This document shows positions 25,299 to 37,508 of a stretch of 42,418 nucleotides of DNA, piece by piece. Each line of letters begins with the position of its first letter. Position 1 is the first letter of the stretch. The stretch spans positions 1 to 42,418 of the forward strand of contig JAUCBJ010004583.1 in NCBI GenBank assembly GCA_032718475.1, written 5' to 3'. The translations under genes were made by a program, and so were the position numbers. The DNA is from Nemertoderma westbladi (Eukaryota > Animalia > Xenacoelomorpha). The notes under the pieces are model-generated. The model searched no databases. It was not told the DNA's origin and saw only the letters and a program-made list of their open reading frames with translations.

Positions 25299-25950
25299 GG
25301 GGGGGGGGTGGGTTATATGGGTTATATAATATGGAATATAGGTACCTAAGATGCTATTCTACATGACAGGTCAGAAAAATTTTATTTTTCGCAATTTAAT
25401 ATTAGTTAATAATAGTTAACAATAAAAAAAACTGAAAAAAAAAAAGTTGCGCTTAAAACCCTAAGGCTTTTACAGTTTTGAATCTAATCACATGAACGTT
25501 TTTTTATACTGTATGATAGATCAAAGATGGGTCAACATAACATCAGGCGAAATTTTGTGAAAATAATTCTGCACCGCTAGGTGGCGCTGCAAATTTATGT
25601 TATATTTTAGGTTTGTTCTAAACTTCTAAATAGTATTAAATTTTATTATCACAAAATTTCGAAAAATTGTTTGATACTTTTATGCAGGGTGGCTATGTAG
25701 AGACCCACAGAAATGTTCAGACTAAAGGTTGCTGAAAAATTGTAGAAGTACATGGGTTTTGAAATTACCAATTTCATAAAAAAAATATTTGGAGATAATC
25801 GACCTTTCATTATACATAGTAATAGTAATTTATTTTTTTTGTTATTGTTATTGTTATAGTAAATTAGATATAGGGAGTACATCGTTGTAGAAAACGTTAG
25901 TGGCCAATTAAAAGGTATATGTAATACCCACAACCAACAGACCACTAACA
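25299..25950 (+). repeat. Segmental duplication unit 1, right part (paralog of ~37627-38264 and 38647-38675)
   Basis: TATAATATGGAATATAGGTACC...TGGCCAATTAAAAG is shared and continues the empty-site sequence after the LTR element. Confidence 0.9.
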
Positions 25951-26988
25951 TACCGGTATGTACAGTAATTCAGTAATTGGGTCTTTGGTCTCTGTTTTGT
26001 ACTCACCCGCGGATCGTCGGTATAATACAGTATGATTAAACATTTTGTTTGATTTATGGAAATATATGATGAATGAATTTGTAAAAATAAATTTTCCATA
26101 CAATATTAGGTGTTGGGAGAATTGTTTTTGGGGTATGAATAATTGTTTTTGAGGGAATGAATAATTGTTTTTGGGGGATGAATAATTGTTTTTGGGGGGT
26201 GAATAATTTTCTTTGGTGAGAGAGATATTCAAAATTGGGGGAAGTCAATTGGTGCTACAAAAAAATATATTTGGTGCTAAATAATTTTTTCGGTGTGAAA
26301 TCATCTATAATTTGGGGTGGCATTCAATTAGTGGCGATTCAAATTTTTTTTCTATGATGTTACAAATAGGTCAGAGAGTGTCTGTGTCCTTGGTCTGTGT
26401 GAAATAACTTTCAATATAATTTAAATTCTATATAAGCCTACTAAGACTACAGATACAGTACCTCTAGTACACAGACAAACACACGCTGGAGATTTGTATA
26501 CAGTAAAGTACTGTAGAAGATACAAAAAAAAATACACCGGGAGTGAGAATACACTAGGACGAGTGAAAATTGATAAATGCAGGGGTGAGTTTTCATTGGA
26601 AGGAGTTAAAATACACTAGGGAAAAACCTCCCGGGACTCCGGGAGTGAGAATACACTAACACTAGGGAATTTTATCCGGGGAGTGATTTTGCATGGGGAG
26701 TGAAAATTCTCTGTTACACCGATATTTACATAATATACATACATATTATATTTTTCAGTTTATTACCACTGTCTGACTGTGCATGCTTTGTGTGGGAATT
26801 GTTCTTAAACAATAAATGCGAGATAAATCGGTCCAAAAATGGTCACTGGGGAAAGGTGTTTGTCACTGTGTCTCAAATGTGATAGAGAAGAGTAAGAAAG
26901 AACCCTTTCAGCCTTTGTTTTCTGCCCTAGCTTCTTTGTATTTTGCCCTAAACAGCTGAACGGTATGCCAGTATGCAGTGCGGTAGCC

Positions 26989-29414
26989 GGTAAACTGGAA
27001 TAACAGCCACTGGAAAAACAACCACTGGGTTTGCTGGAAAAACAGCCAGTCAAAGTTACAAAGTTGTTTAATTTTGCTGGAAAAACAGCCACTGTGAAAA
27101 CTGGAATAACAGCCACTGGAAAAACAGCCAGTGGGTTTGCTGGAAAAACAGCCATTCAAAATTACCGCTCATATAATTATGTGTGTTCATTACATATAAT
27201 TATGTGTGTTCATTAATTATTATCTGTAACAGGGTTTACAGTACCTACTGTATACTTGATGCCACTGTTGCTACTACTGTACCTACTACAGTGTAATATA
27301 TATTAACGAAATCGTTAGAGCCGTTTTTAAGCTATTTTGCTTGAAATATTATTACTATTACAACAAATTTTTACAGAAAGTAACCTCCGGTTCCTAATAA
27401 AATATATGTAAAATGTAGTATTGTGTGCTGACCAAGGCGTCCTAAATAATGGTACTTACCTACAGCAGTACAGTACCTGCTCTGTCTAGGCCGCCTCTGC
27501 GCGTTATGCATTACTGCTAGCAGTACCTGTATTCGTACAATCTATACTGTATTCAAGATGACCACGTACAAAACTAACAAAGAAAAGGAGTGTTTCGAGC
27601 ATAACGGATATTCATACCGTTTGTGCAATCCTAGTGCTCCTGTGAATCCTGTGTCATTGAACAAATCTTGGCGTTGTCGCCAAACCGGTTGCAAGGGTCG
27701 ATTGTGGACTGATGATCAGAACAATTATCGCGAAATTCGGAGTGAGCACGGCGAAAACTGTGCGCCTCAACCCGAGCGTCGATTAGTTGAAAAAACGCGA
27801 TGTGTAATAAAAGATCAAGCAAAGAAGACTTTTCGGCCAATGCCTGCTATTTACCGTGAAAACGCAGCTGTATTATCGGCTAATCCAGTGGCTGCTGGGC
27901 AGCTTCCTGCTTTGCGTCGCATGGAATCAAGTTTGTACAAAGCTAGAAAGAGTCAGTTTCCTCACGTTCCTCAGACATTGGAAGAGTTTGCAACTGCGAT
28001 CAACAAACCTCCCGATGATGCCGAATCCTTCCCTGACCAGCTTCGACGCACAATCTCTGGACATCAGTTCCTTTTCTACTGTAGCGATACTGCTGATATT
28101 GTGATTTACATGACCGATGGGTGTTTCCGTCGTTTGTGCGCGGCCACAGATATAGCTATGGACGGAACATTTAAAATCGTTCCTGAGTTGTGGCAGCAAC
28201 TGTTCACTATTCATGCGTTTAATGGTGACAGGTGCCAGCCGATGGTGTACATTCTCATGATGCACAAGGATCGCAAATCATACGTCAGAATTTTACGCAT
28301 TCTAAAAGATCATGCAGCAGAAATACAACTGCAGTTCAATCCAGCGAGAATATCAATTGACTTTGAAACTGGACTTATTCCTGCTCTGCTTGCAGAGTTA
28401 CCAGCTTCCCAAATCTGCGGATGCCACTTCCATATGTGTCAGGCTACCGTAAGATACAGGAACTCGGTTTGGCAGTCGCATATGCCGACCCCGACCTGAA
28501 TGTACCTGTTCGTTTGGTTGTTCGCTGCTTGATGGCCGTTGTGTTTCTGCCACCACAAGACATTGACGCTGGCTTTCAGCAACTCATCGAGTTCGCTCCG
28601 CCCATCATATTCGACGAACTGTTCCAGTATTTCGAAGGTCAGTGGCTAAACAATGAGTATGCACGTATGCATGGCCGCAGACGGCGCACAAACAATAATG
28701 TAGAAGGATGGCATTCTGCTATGACCAAGGCTATCGCAAAGAATCATCCAAATTCCTATGAGTTTCTTTCATTTATTCGTCTGGAGCAAGGCCGGGTGGA
28801 GACGGAGTTGCAGCAGATTCAACAAGGACAGCAGGTGAATCGCCGAAATGCGAAATACGAAAAAATCAATCGTGCTATTACTGTCCTCACGCAGCGCTAT
28901 GCTGATGTGCCTGATTTCATTGCCCTGGATTTCTGCCGCCAAATGTCCGTTCTATTCAGTAACCCTCTCAATATTGCTTTGTAACTGAAATCCAGTACCG
29001 GGTATTGCAAACTGTAACTGTAAATGCAATTAACATGGATTTAAAACTAATAATAGTTGGTCTTATTCTTAAAACTGTTTGGCTTTTCGGAATATACAGT
29101 TATTCGGAATATACGGAATATACAGTAATATTAATAATGGTAGCTGTTCAATAATGAATAATATTATGATGAATGGTAATAATGAATAATGAGCTGTTTA
29201 TAATGATAATAACTGTTTTGTGAGAGCTAATCAAAGTGGCTGTTTTTCCAGCATAAACGACAGTGGCTGTTTTTCCAGCATAATTGGCAGTGGCTGTTTT
29301 TCCAGCATAATTGGCAGTGGCTGTTTTTCCAGCATAAGTGGCAGTGGCTGTTATTCCAGTTTTGATTCATTTTGACATTGGCTGTTATTCCAGTGGCTGT
29401 TTTACCAGTAAACC
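26989..29414 (+). mobile_element. Mutator-like (MULE) DNA transposon, 2426 bp
   Basis: 9-bp TSD GCGGTAGCC (26980-88, 29415-23); GG...CC termini; TIRs built of ACTGGAAAAACAGCC units; empty site GCTGTAGCC at 3738-3746. Confidence 0.94.
27558..28984 (+). pseudogene. MULE transposase with FLYWCH-type N-terminus, one frameshift
   Basis: HNGYSY...WRC...CKGRL...H, MDGTFK, SIDFETG, CHFHMCQA and RTNNNVEGWH; frame changes at ~28445 between CQA and YRKIQELGL. Confidence 0.9.
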
Positions 29415-30419
29415 GCGGTAGCCGGTAGGCACTTTGCACTAGGCAGTAGGAAGGCTATTCAGCTACAGTATTACAGTATTATTGGTACCGGTATTTTATT
29501 TATTTGTATTCGAATTTATTTCCGTAATTTATTTACTACCGGTACGGCGGTTACAGTAATATAGGCCTATGATATTAGCCTAATAAATACTGAAATAACC
29601 AGATAACTGCACACGCCAACAACAGAAAATGAATGACGACGATGCATTACAGTATATGCCGATTATAGGTTATCTTATATAGCTTATTATTCTCATATAC
29701 CCATTCTACCCCAAAGAGCCAGTTACGACCCAAAGAGCGTAAGGTCCCAAAGAGCATTAGGCCATTGCTAATTAAAGGAGCAGTTTAGTAAAGGAGCAGT
29801 TTAGTAAAGGAGCAGTTTAGTAAAGGAGCAGGTTACAGGAGGCGTGTTGGGGGAACCAAAACAATAAACAAAAATTAACACATGTGTTTTGTACGGGTCT
29901 TTATTTTGTGTTTCTTTATCGTTATTTGTTTTGTAAGTTACCCTCCAATAGATGGATATTATTACGTTGTTAAAACGTTGGCCGTTGGGGACCATCGTAA
30001 CTACAATACATAGATAATTGGTTCCATGATAGATAAATTGGCGCCAACTACTAGCGAGGTATTGTTAAACAACCTCTGTTACGATTTTATAAAGTGACTG
30101 AGGCCGCAAACCTTCTATTGTAAAGTTCCATTATTTTTGTATTCCCTGAATCAATCTCATAGATGTTCTTAGTAGCTACCGGTGTATCTGTTATATCTAT
30201 TGTATTTGGTTATAATTGGTACCTAATTCTATACCCACGTCCACTTATAAGGCGCTCCACTCCCCTAAGCATTGTAGCAGCTGCATTCAGTATTACAATC
30301 AGCCAAACCCAGAAAGTATTAAAGGCCCCAACTGGTGAGGTTTGTGTCATTAATTTCAATTATATTTGTAATATTTGACTGTCACATTTAAACGTCAGTT
30401 AGTCCGAATTGTATTAAAT

Positions 30420-32021
30420 ATGTCTTCGAATACTTTGAGTGACGCTGCTTGGGATTTACTGGATCGTATCATGGCAGATAAAAGTGATTCTCAGTCCGGT
30501 GATGAGGAACGAGAGAACTCCGTCGCTCCACCAACTGTTAATAAAGAAATCGACACAAACAGCGGTATAAACGTTATCAGTTTTAAATCAGAAGCGGGAG
30601 CTATTTGCGGTACTTCCGAAGATAAATCTCGAAAGATCAAACAAGAGTTCTGTACAGATGAACAATATTCTAATAATCAAATCGGTAACACAAACAGCGG
30701 TATAAACGTTATCAGTTTTAAATCAGAAGCGGAAGCTATTTGCGGTACTTCCGAAGATAAATCTCGAGTTGTTAGACAAGATTTCTGTATTGAGAAACTA
30801 TCAGCTTGTGAAGTTCTTGCTAAATCCGTTCTCAAGGGTGAGGGAATTAATCACAAAGTAAATTTAAAGAATTACAAACAATCATTGCATAAAGGTATCA
30901 AGTATATATGCGGTTCTTGTGACAAACAATTTAGTGACAAAGGGAATCTGAAGAAACACATGGAATCAGTACATAAAGGTATCAAGTATAAATGCGGTTC
31001 TTGTGACAAACAATTTATTGGGAAACAGAGTCTGAAGAATCACATGGAATCAATTCATAAAGGCATCAAGTATAATTGCGGTTCTTGTGACAAACAATTT
31101 AGTCGAAAAGGATATCTGAAGGAACACATAGAATCAGTACATAAAGGTATCGAGTCAAAATGTGTTTATTGTGACAAACAATTTACTAACAAAGGATATC
31201 TGAAGATTCACATAGAATCAGTACATAAAGGTATCAAGTATAATTGCGGTTCTTGTGACAAACAATTTAATGACAAAGGATATCTAAAGAGACACATGGA
31301 ATTAATTCATAAAGGTATCAAGTATAATTGCGGTTCCTGTGACAAACAATTTAGTGACAAAGGGAATCTGAAGAAACACGTGGAATCAGTACATAAAGGT
31401 ATCAAGTATGATTGCGGTTCTTGTGACAAACAATTTAATGACAAAGGATATCTAAAGAGACACATGGAATTAATTCATAAAGGTATCAAGTATAATTGCG
31501 GTTCCTGTGACAAACAATTTAGTGACAAAGGGAATCTGAAGAAACACATAGAATCAGTACATAAAGGCATCAAGTATAAATGCGGTTCTTGTGACAAACA
31601 ATTTGGTGACAAACGGAGTTTAAAGAGACACATGGAATTAATTCATAAAGGTATCAAGTATAATTGCGGTTCCTGTGACAAACAATTTAGTGACAAAGGG
31701 AATCTGAAGAAACACATAGAATCAGTACATAAAGGCATCAAGTATAAATGCGGTTCTTGTGACAAACAATTTGGTGACAAACGGAGTTTAAAGATACACA
31801 TAGAATTAATTCATAAAGGTATCAAGTATAATTGCGGTTCTTGTGACAAACGATTTAGTGACAAAGGGAATCTGAAGAAACACGTGGAATCAGTACATAA
31901 AGGTATCAAGTATGATTGCGGTTCTTGTGACAAACAATTTAATGACAAAGGATATCTAAAGAGACACATGGAATTAATTCATAAAGGTATCAAGTATAAA
32001 TGCGGTTCTTGTAACAAATAA
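30420..32021 (+). CDS. Multi-C2H2 zinc-finger protein, copy 2 (533 aa, 13 complete fingers before the first stop)
   Basis: ATG at 30420; acidic N-terminus with a 45-aa internal duplication; open frame to the TAA in finger 14. Could be a truncated pseudogene, and upstream exons cannot be excluded. Confidence 0.7.
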   Translation: MSSNTLSDAAWDLLDRIMADKSDSQSGDEERENSVAPPTVNKEIDTNSGINVISFKSEAGAICGTSEDKSRKIKQEFCTDEQYSNNQIGNTNSGINVISFKSEAEAICGTSEDKSRVVRQDFCIEKLSACEVLAKSVLKGEGINHKVNLKNYKQSLHKGIKYICGSCDKQFSDKGNLKKHMESVHKGIKYKCGSCDKQFIGKQSLKNHMESIHKGIKYNCGSCDKQFSRKGYLKEHIESVHKGIESKCVYCDKQFTNKGYLKIHIESVHKGIKYNCGSCDKQFNDKGYLKRHMELIHKGIKYNCGSCDKQFSDKGNLKKHVESVHKGIKYDCGSCDKQFNDKGYLKRHMELIHKGIKYNCGSCDKQFSDKGNLKKHIESVHKGIKYKCGSCDKQFGDKRSLKRHMELIHKGIKYNCGSCDKQFSDKGNLKKHIESVHKGIKYKCGSCDKQFGDKRSLKIHIELIHKGIKYNCGSCDKRFSDKGNLKKHVESVHKGIKYDCGSCDKQFNDKGYLKRHMELIHKGIKYKCGSCNK

Positions 32022-35000
32022 TTTGGTGACAAACGGAGTTTAAAGATACACATAGAATCAGTACATAAAGGTATCAAATATAATTGCGGTTCTTGTGATA
32101 AACAATTTAATGACAAAGGATATCTAAAGAGACACATGGAATTAATTCATAAAGGTATCAAGTATAATTGCGGTTCTTGTGACAAACAATTTAGTGACAA
32201 AGGGAATCTGAAGAAACACGTGGAATCAGTACATAAAGGTATCAAGTATGATTGCGGTTCTTGTGACAAACAATTTAATGACAAAGGATATCTAAAGAGA
32301 CACATGGAATTAATTCATAAAGGTATCAAGTATAAATGCGGTTCTTGTAACAAATAATTTGGTGACAAACGGAGTTTAAAGATACACATAGAATCAGTAC
32401 ATAAAGGTATCAAATATAATTGCGGTTCTTGTGATAAACAATTTAATGACAAAGGATATCTAAAGAGACACATGGAATTAATTCATAAAGGTATCAAGTA
32501 TAAATGCGGTTCTTGTAACAAATAATTTGGTGACAAACGGAGTTTAAAGATACACATAGAATCAGTACATAAAGGTATCAAATATAATTGCGGTTCTTGT
32601 GATAAACAATTTAATGACAAAGGATATCTAAAGAGACACATGGAATTAATTCATAAAGGTATCAAGTATAATTGCGGTTCTTGTGACAAACAATTTATTG
32701 ACAAAGGGAGTCTGAAGATACACATAGAATCAGTACATAAAGGTATCAAGTATAATTGCGGTTCTTGTGACAAACGATTTAGTGACAAAGGGAATCTGAA
32801 GAAACACGTGGAATCAGTACATAAAGGTATCAAGTATGATTGCGGTTCTTGTGACAAACAATTTAATGACAAAGGATATCTAAAGAGACACATGGAATTA
32901 ATTCATAAAGGTATCAAGTATAAATGCGGTTCTTGTAACAAATAATTTGGTGACAAACGGAGTTTAAAGATACACATAGAATTAATTCATAAAGGTATCA
33001 AGTATAATTGCGGTTCTTGTGACAAACGATTTAGTGACAAAGGGAATCTGAAGAAACACGTGGAATCAGTACATAAAGGTATCAAGTATGATTGCGGTTC
33101 TTGTGACAAACAATTTAATGACAAAGGATATCTAAAGAGACACATGGAATTAATTCATAAAGGTATCAAGTATAAATGCGGTTCTTGTAACAAATAATTT
33201 GGTGACAAACGGAGTTTAAAGATACACATAGAATCAGTACATAAAGGTATCAAATATAATTGCGGTTCTTGTGATAAACAATTTAATGACAAAGGATATC
33301 TAAAGAGACACATGGAATTAATTCATAAAGGTATCAAGTATAAATGCGGTTCTTGTAACAAATAATTTGGTGACAAACGGAGTTTAAAGATACACATAGA
33401 ATCAGTACATAAAGGTATCAAATATAATTGCGGTTCTTGTGATAAACAATTTAATGACAAAGGATATCTAAAGAGACACATGGAATTAATTCATAAAGGT
33501 ATCAAGTATAATTGCGGTTCTTGTGACAAACAATTTAATGACAAAGGATATCTAAAGAGACACATGGAATTAATTCATAAAGGTATCAAGTATAATTGCG
33601 GTTCTTGTGACAAACAATTTATTGACAAAGGGAGTCTGAAGATACACATAGAATCAGTACATAAAGGTATCAAGTATAATTGCCTTTCTTGTGACAAACG
33701 ATTTAGTGACAAAGGGAATCTGAAGAAACACGTGGAATCAGTACATAAAGGTATCAAGTATAATTGCGGTTCTTGTGACAAACAATTTATTGACAAAGGG
33801 AGTCTGAAGATACACATAGAATCAGTACATAAAGGTATCAAGTATAATTGCCTTTCTTGTGACAAACGATTTAGTGACAAAGGGAATCTGAAGAAACACG
33901 TGGAATCAGTACATAAAGGTATCAAGTATGATTGCGGTTCTTGTGACAAACAATTTAATGACAAAGGATATCTAAAGATACACATAGAATCAGTACATAA
34001 AGGTATCAAGTATATATGCGGTTCTTGTAACAAATAATTTGGTGACAAACGGAGTTTAAAGATACACATAGAATCAGTACATAAAGGTATCAAGTATAAT
34101 TGCGGTTCTTGTGACAAACAATTTAATGACAAAGGATATCTAAAGAGACACATGGAATTAATTCATAAAGGTATCAAGTATAAATGCGGTTCTTGTAACA
34201 AATAATTTGGTGACAAACGGAGTTTAAAGATACACATAGAATCAGTACATAAAGGTATCAAGTATAATTGCGTTTCTTGTGACAAACAATTTAATGACAA
34301 AGGATATCTAAAGAGACACATGGAATTAATTCATAAAGGTATCAAGTATAAATGCGGTTCCTGTGACAAACAATTTGGTGACAAACGGAGTTTAAAGATA
34401 CACATAGAATCAGTACATAAAGGTATCAAGTATAATTGCCTTTCTTGTGACAAACGATTTAGTGACAAAGGGAATCTGAAGAAACACGTGGAATCAGTAC
34501 ATAAAGGTATCAAGTATATTTGCGGTTCTTGTGACAAACAATTTAATGACAAAGGATATCTAAAGAGACACATGGAATTAATTCATAAAGGTATCAAGTA
34601 TAATTGCGGTTCTTGTGACAAACAATTTATTGACAAAGGGAGTCTGAAGATACACATAGAATCAGTACATAAAGGTATCAAGTATAATTGCCTTTCTTGT
34701 GACAAACGATTTAGTGACAAAGGGAATCTGAAGAAACACGTGGAATCAGTACATAAAGGTATCAAGTATGATTGCGGTTCTTGTGACAAACAATTTAATG
34801 ACAAAGGATATCTAAAGAGACACATGGAATTAATTCATAAAGGTATCAAGTATAAATGCGGTTCTTGTAACAAATAATTTGGTGACAAACGGAGTTTAAA
34901 GATACACATAGAATCAGTACATAAAGGTATCAAGTATAATTGCGGTTCTTGTGACAAACAATTTGGTGACAAACGGAGTTTAAAGAGACACATGGAATTA

Positions 35001-35945
35001 ATTCATAAAGGTATCAAGTATAAATGCGGTTCTTGTAACAAATAATTTGGTGACAAACAGATACTAAAGAGACACATGGAATCAGTACATAAAGGTATCA
35101 AGTATAATTGCGGTTCTTGTGACAAACAATTTGGTGACAAACGGAGTTTAAAGAGACACATGGAATTAATTCATAAAGGTATCAAGTATAAATGCGGTTC
35201 TTGTAACAAATAATTTGGTGACAAACAGATACTAAAGAAACACATGGAATCAGTACATAAAAGTATCAAGTATAATTGCGGTTCTTGTGACAAACAATTT
35301 GGTGACAAACGGAGTTTAAAGAGACACATGGAATTAATTCATAAAGGTATCAAGTATAAATGCGGTTCTTGTGACAAACGATTTAGTGACAAAGGGAATC
35401 TGAAGAAACACGTGGAATCAGTACATAAAGGTATCAAGTATGATTGCGGTTCTTGTGACAAACAATTTAATGACAAAGGATATCTAATGAGACACATGGA
35501 ATTAATTCATAAAGGTATCAAGTATAAATGCGGTTCTTGTAACAAATAATTTGGTGACAAACAGATACTAAAGAAACACATGGAATCAGTACATAAAGGT
35601 ATCAAGTATAATTGCGGTTCTTGTGACAAATAATTTGGTGACAAACAGATACTAAAGAAACACATGGAATCAGTACATAAAGGTATCAAGTATAATTGCG
35701 GTTCCTGTGACAAACGATTTAATGACAAACAGATACTAAAGAGACACATGGAATCAGTACATAAAGGTATCAAGTATAGTTGCGGTTCTTGTGACAAACG
35801 ATTTAGTGACAAAGGGAATCTGAAGAAACACGTGGAATCAGTACATAAAGGTATCAAGTATAAATGCGGTTACTGTGACAAACAATTTAGTCAAAAGGGA
35901 TATGTGAAGAAACACATAGAATCAGTTCACAAAGACACCAATTAA
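30888..35945 (+). repeat. 84-bp zinc-finger minisatellite, 60 units in register
   Basis: First Cys codon at 30909 and last-finger Cys codon at 35865 are exactly 59x84 bp apart. 13 in-frame TAA at the same codon; original end HKDTN-TAA at 35945. Confidence 0.95.
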
Positions 35946-36877
35946 GGCTCCTGGTGGTGGAATCTGAAAATTATATTACCGACTTCAATCCCGTTTTATC
36001 AACAGAAACTCATAAACTGCGGTACAGCTGTCTGTCTGTTCAGTACGAAAAATGTTATTCCGTGAAATTCGGATTAAGATTAAGGCTTAATCTGTGTTTT
36101 TACAGAAATATTTATTCCGCCGCAAGCCGTTAAGGGGAGGCAATTAAATTTAAAATATTTGTATAAAGACTATTTTGGCCTTCCATACAGTGGTTAACCG
36201 TTATAAAATCGTTATATTAACCTCTAACTCAAATTGACAACAATAAAAAGTTAAAAATTTGAAATGTGCCCCCTGCGGCACGAAAAAAATAAGTAGTGCA
36301 AGTGCAAATAAAATTATGAAAAATCACCACCAAATCAACCTGATTTTCTTATCTCCTTTTGGGTTTTCTAGGATGCTAATTCATAGGGGGGGGGGGGGGG
36401 TGTGGGGGGGGTTATTTTTACCTGTCACACCGGGACGTAGTTATTCGAAAGTTGATGTTGAAAGCTCAAGTGTGACCCGGACCTTACTGTGTTGTCATTA
36501 TCGTTACTTTGAGACTTTACTCACTCAATGTCACTCAGCCTTCATAATATTTCACAATCAGATTAATATTGTACGCAGCGGTTCCGTCGGATCAATCCTG
36601 GTTAGTTATAAAGGAGTGAAAATTATTAGTGGGAACCGCTTTTAATATTTATCTCTGGGGCCGGTTACATATAACAACAACCGTAAGTTTAAATGGCTAC
36701 TAAAAGTAAGTTGAGGTTGTGGTTCAAAATTACACCATGACCTGGAATATAGTGTCGTTATTCATTCAGGAACATAACATAACCCCCCCACCCCCACCCC
36801 CCAATTTGAGATTGCACGAAATTTGAAAGCGAAATAGTTTCACCTCCCTCCTCCTTCCTGGGTGAGCCAGAATTTTT

Positions 36878-37508
36878 ATTTTCGCTTTCATTCTTTGATA
36901 CAAGCGTTTAAAAAAAGAGTCTCCGTCGATATTGCACCAGTTACACCGCATTTATTCTTTAACTTTATAGTGATTTGTTGGTACTGCTAGAACGCTGGCC
37001 ATGCAATGATTCCAAATATGTAACACAATCGTATCGTCGTAAATCTGTCGTAAAAATAGCGGAGATATGAGCCTTCAAAAGTTGCATGGTTTTGCACCTG
37101 CGCAAGGCTATTTTACTCTATATATTTTAATACATACAACATTATTCTGGAACATATTGTTTATCCCATAAGTAGCTGGGAAACAATACAATACCTATTT
37201 AATCATACTATTATGTAGCTATTCATACCTTAACAAAATGGTCCAGAATATAATGTATTTATTAAACAGAATAAAAGAGCCTCGCGCACGTCCAAAACCA
37301 TGCAACATTTTAACGCTTATATCTCAGCTATTTTACAACGAAATTCAGGATGTGTAACATAATTGGAATCCAGTCCAGAGGCCAGCTTTCTAACAGTACC
37401 AACAAATCACCATAATATTAAAGAATAACTGCGGTGAAACTGAAACTGGTGCAATATCGTCAGAGACACCCTTTTCAAACGCTTGTAGCTAAAGAATGAA
37501 ACAAAAAT
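36878..37508. repeat. Foldback palindrome, paralog of 8559-9190
   Basis: Same sequence and arm pairing as in unit 1. Confidence 0.8.

Noticed and set aside
32019-35633. TAA reassigned to Gln (variant genetic code)
   Set aside because: All the TAAs lie in one finger haplotype, which points to a single amplified mutation. TAA also serves as the normal terminator of both ZF copies and the MULE ORF.
32651-35857. Antisense ORFs over the ZF array (also 5417-5611)
   Set aside because: Shadow frames of the 84-bp repeat.
30420-35945. PRDM9 orthologue
   Set aside because: No PR/SET, KRAB or SSXRD sequence is visible; fingers are H-x4-H with KGIKY linkers rather than TGEKPY.
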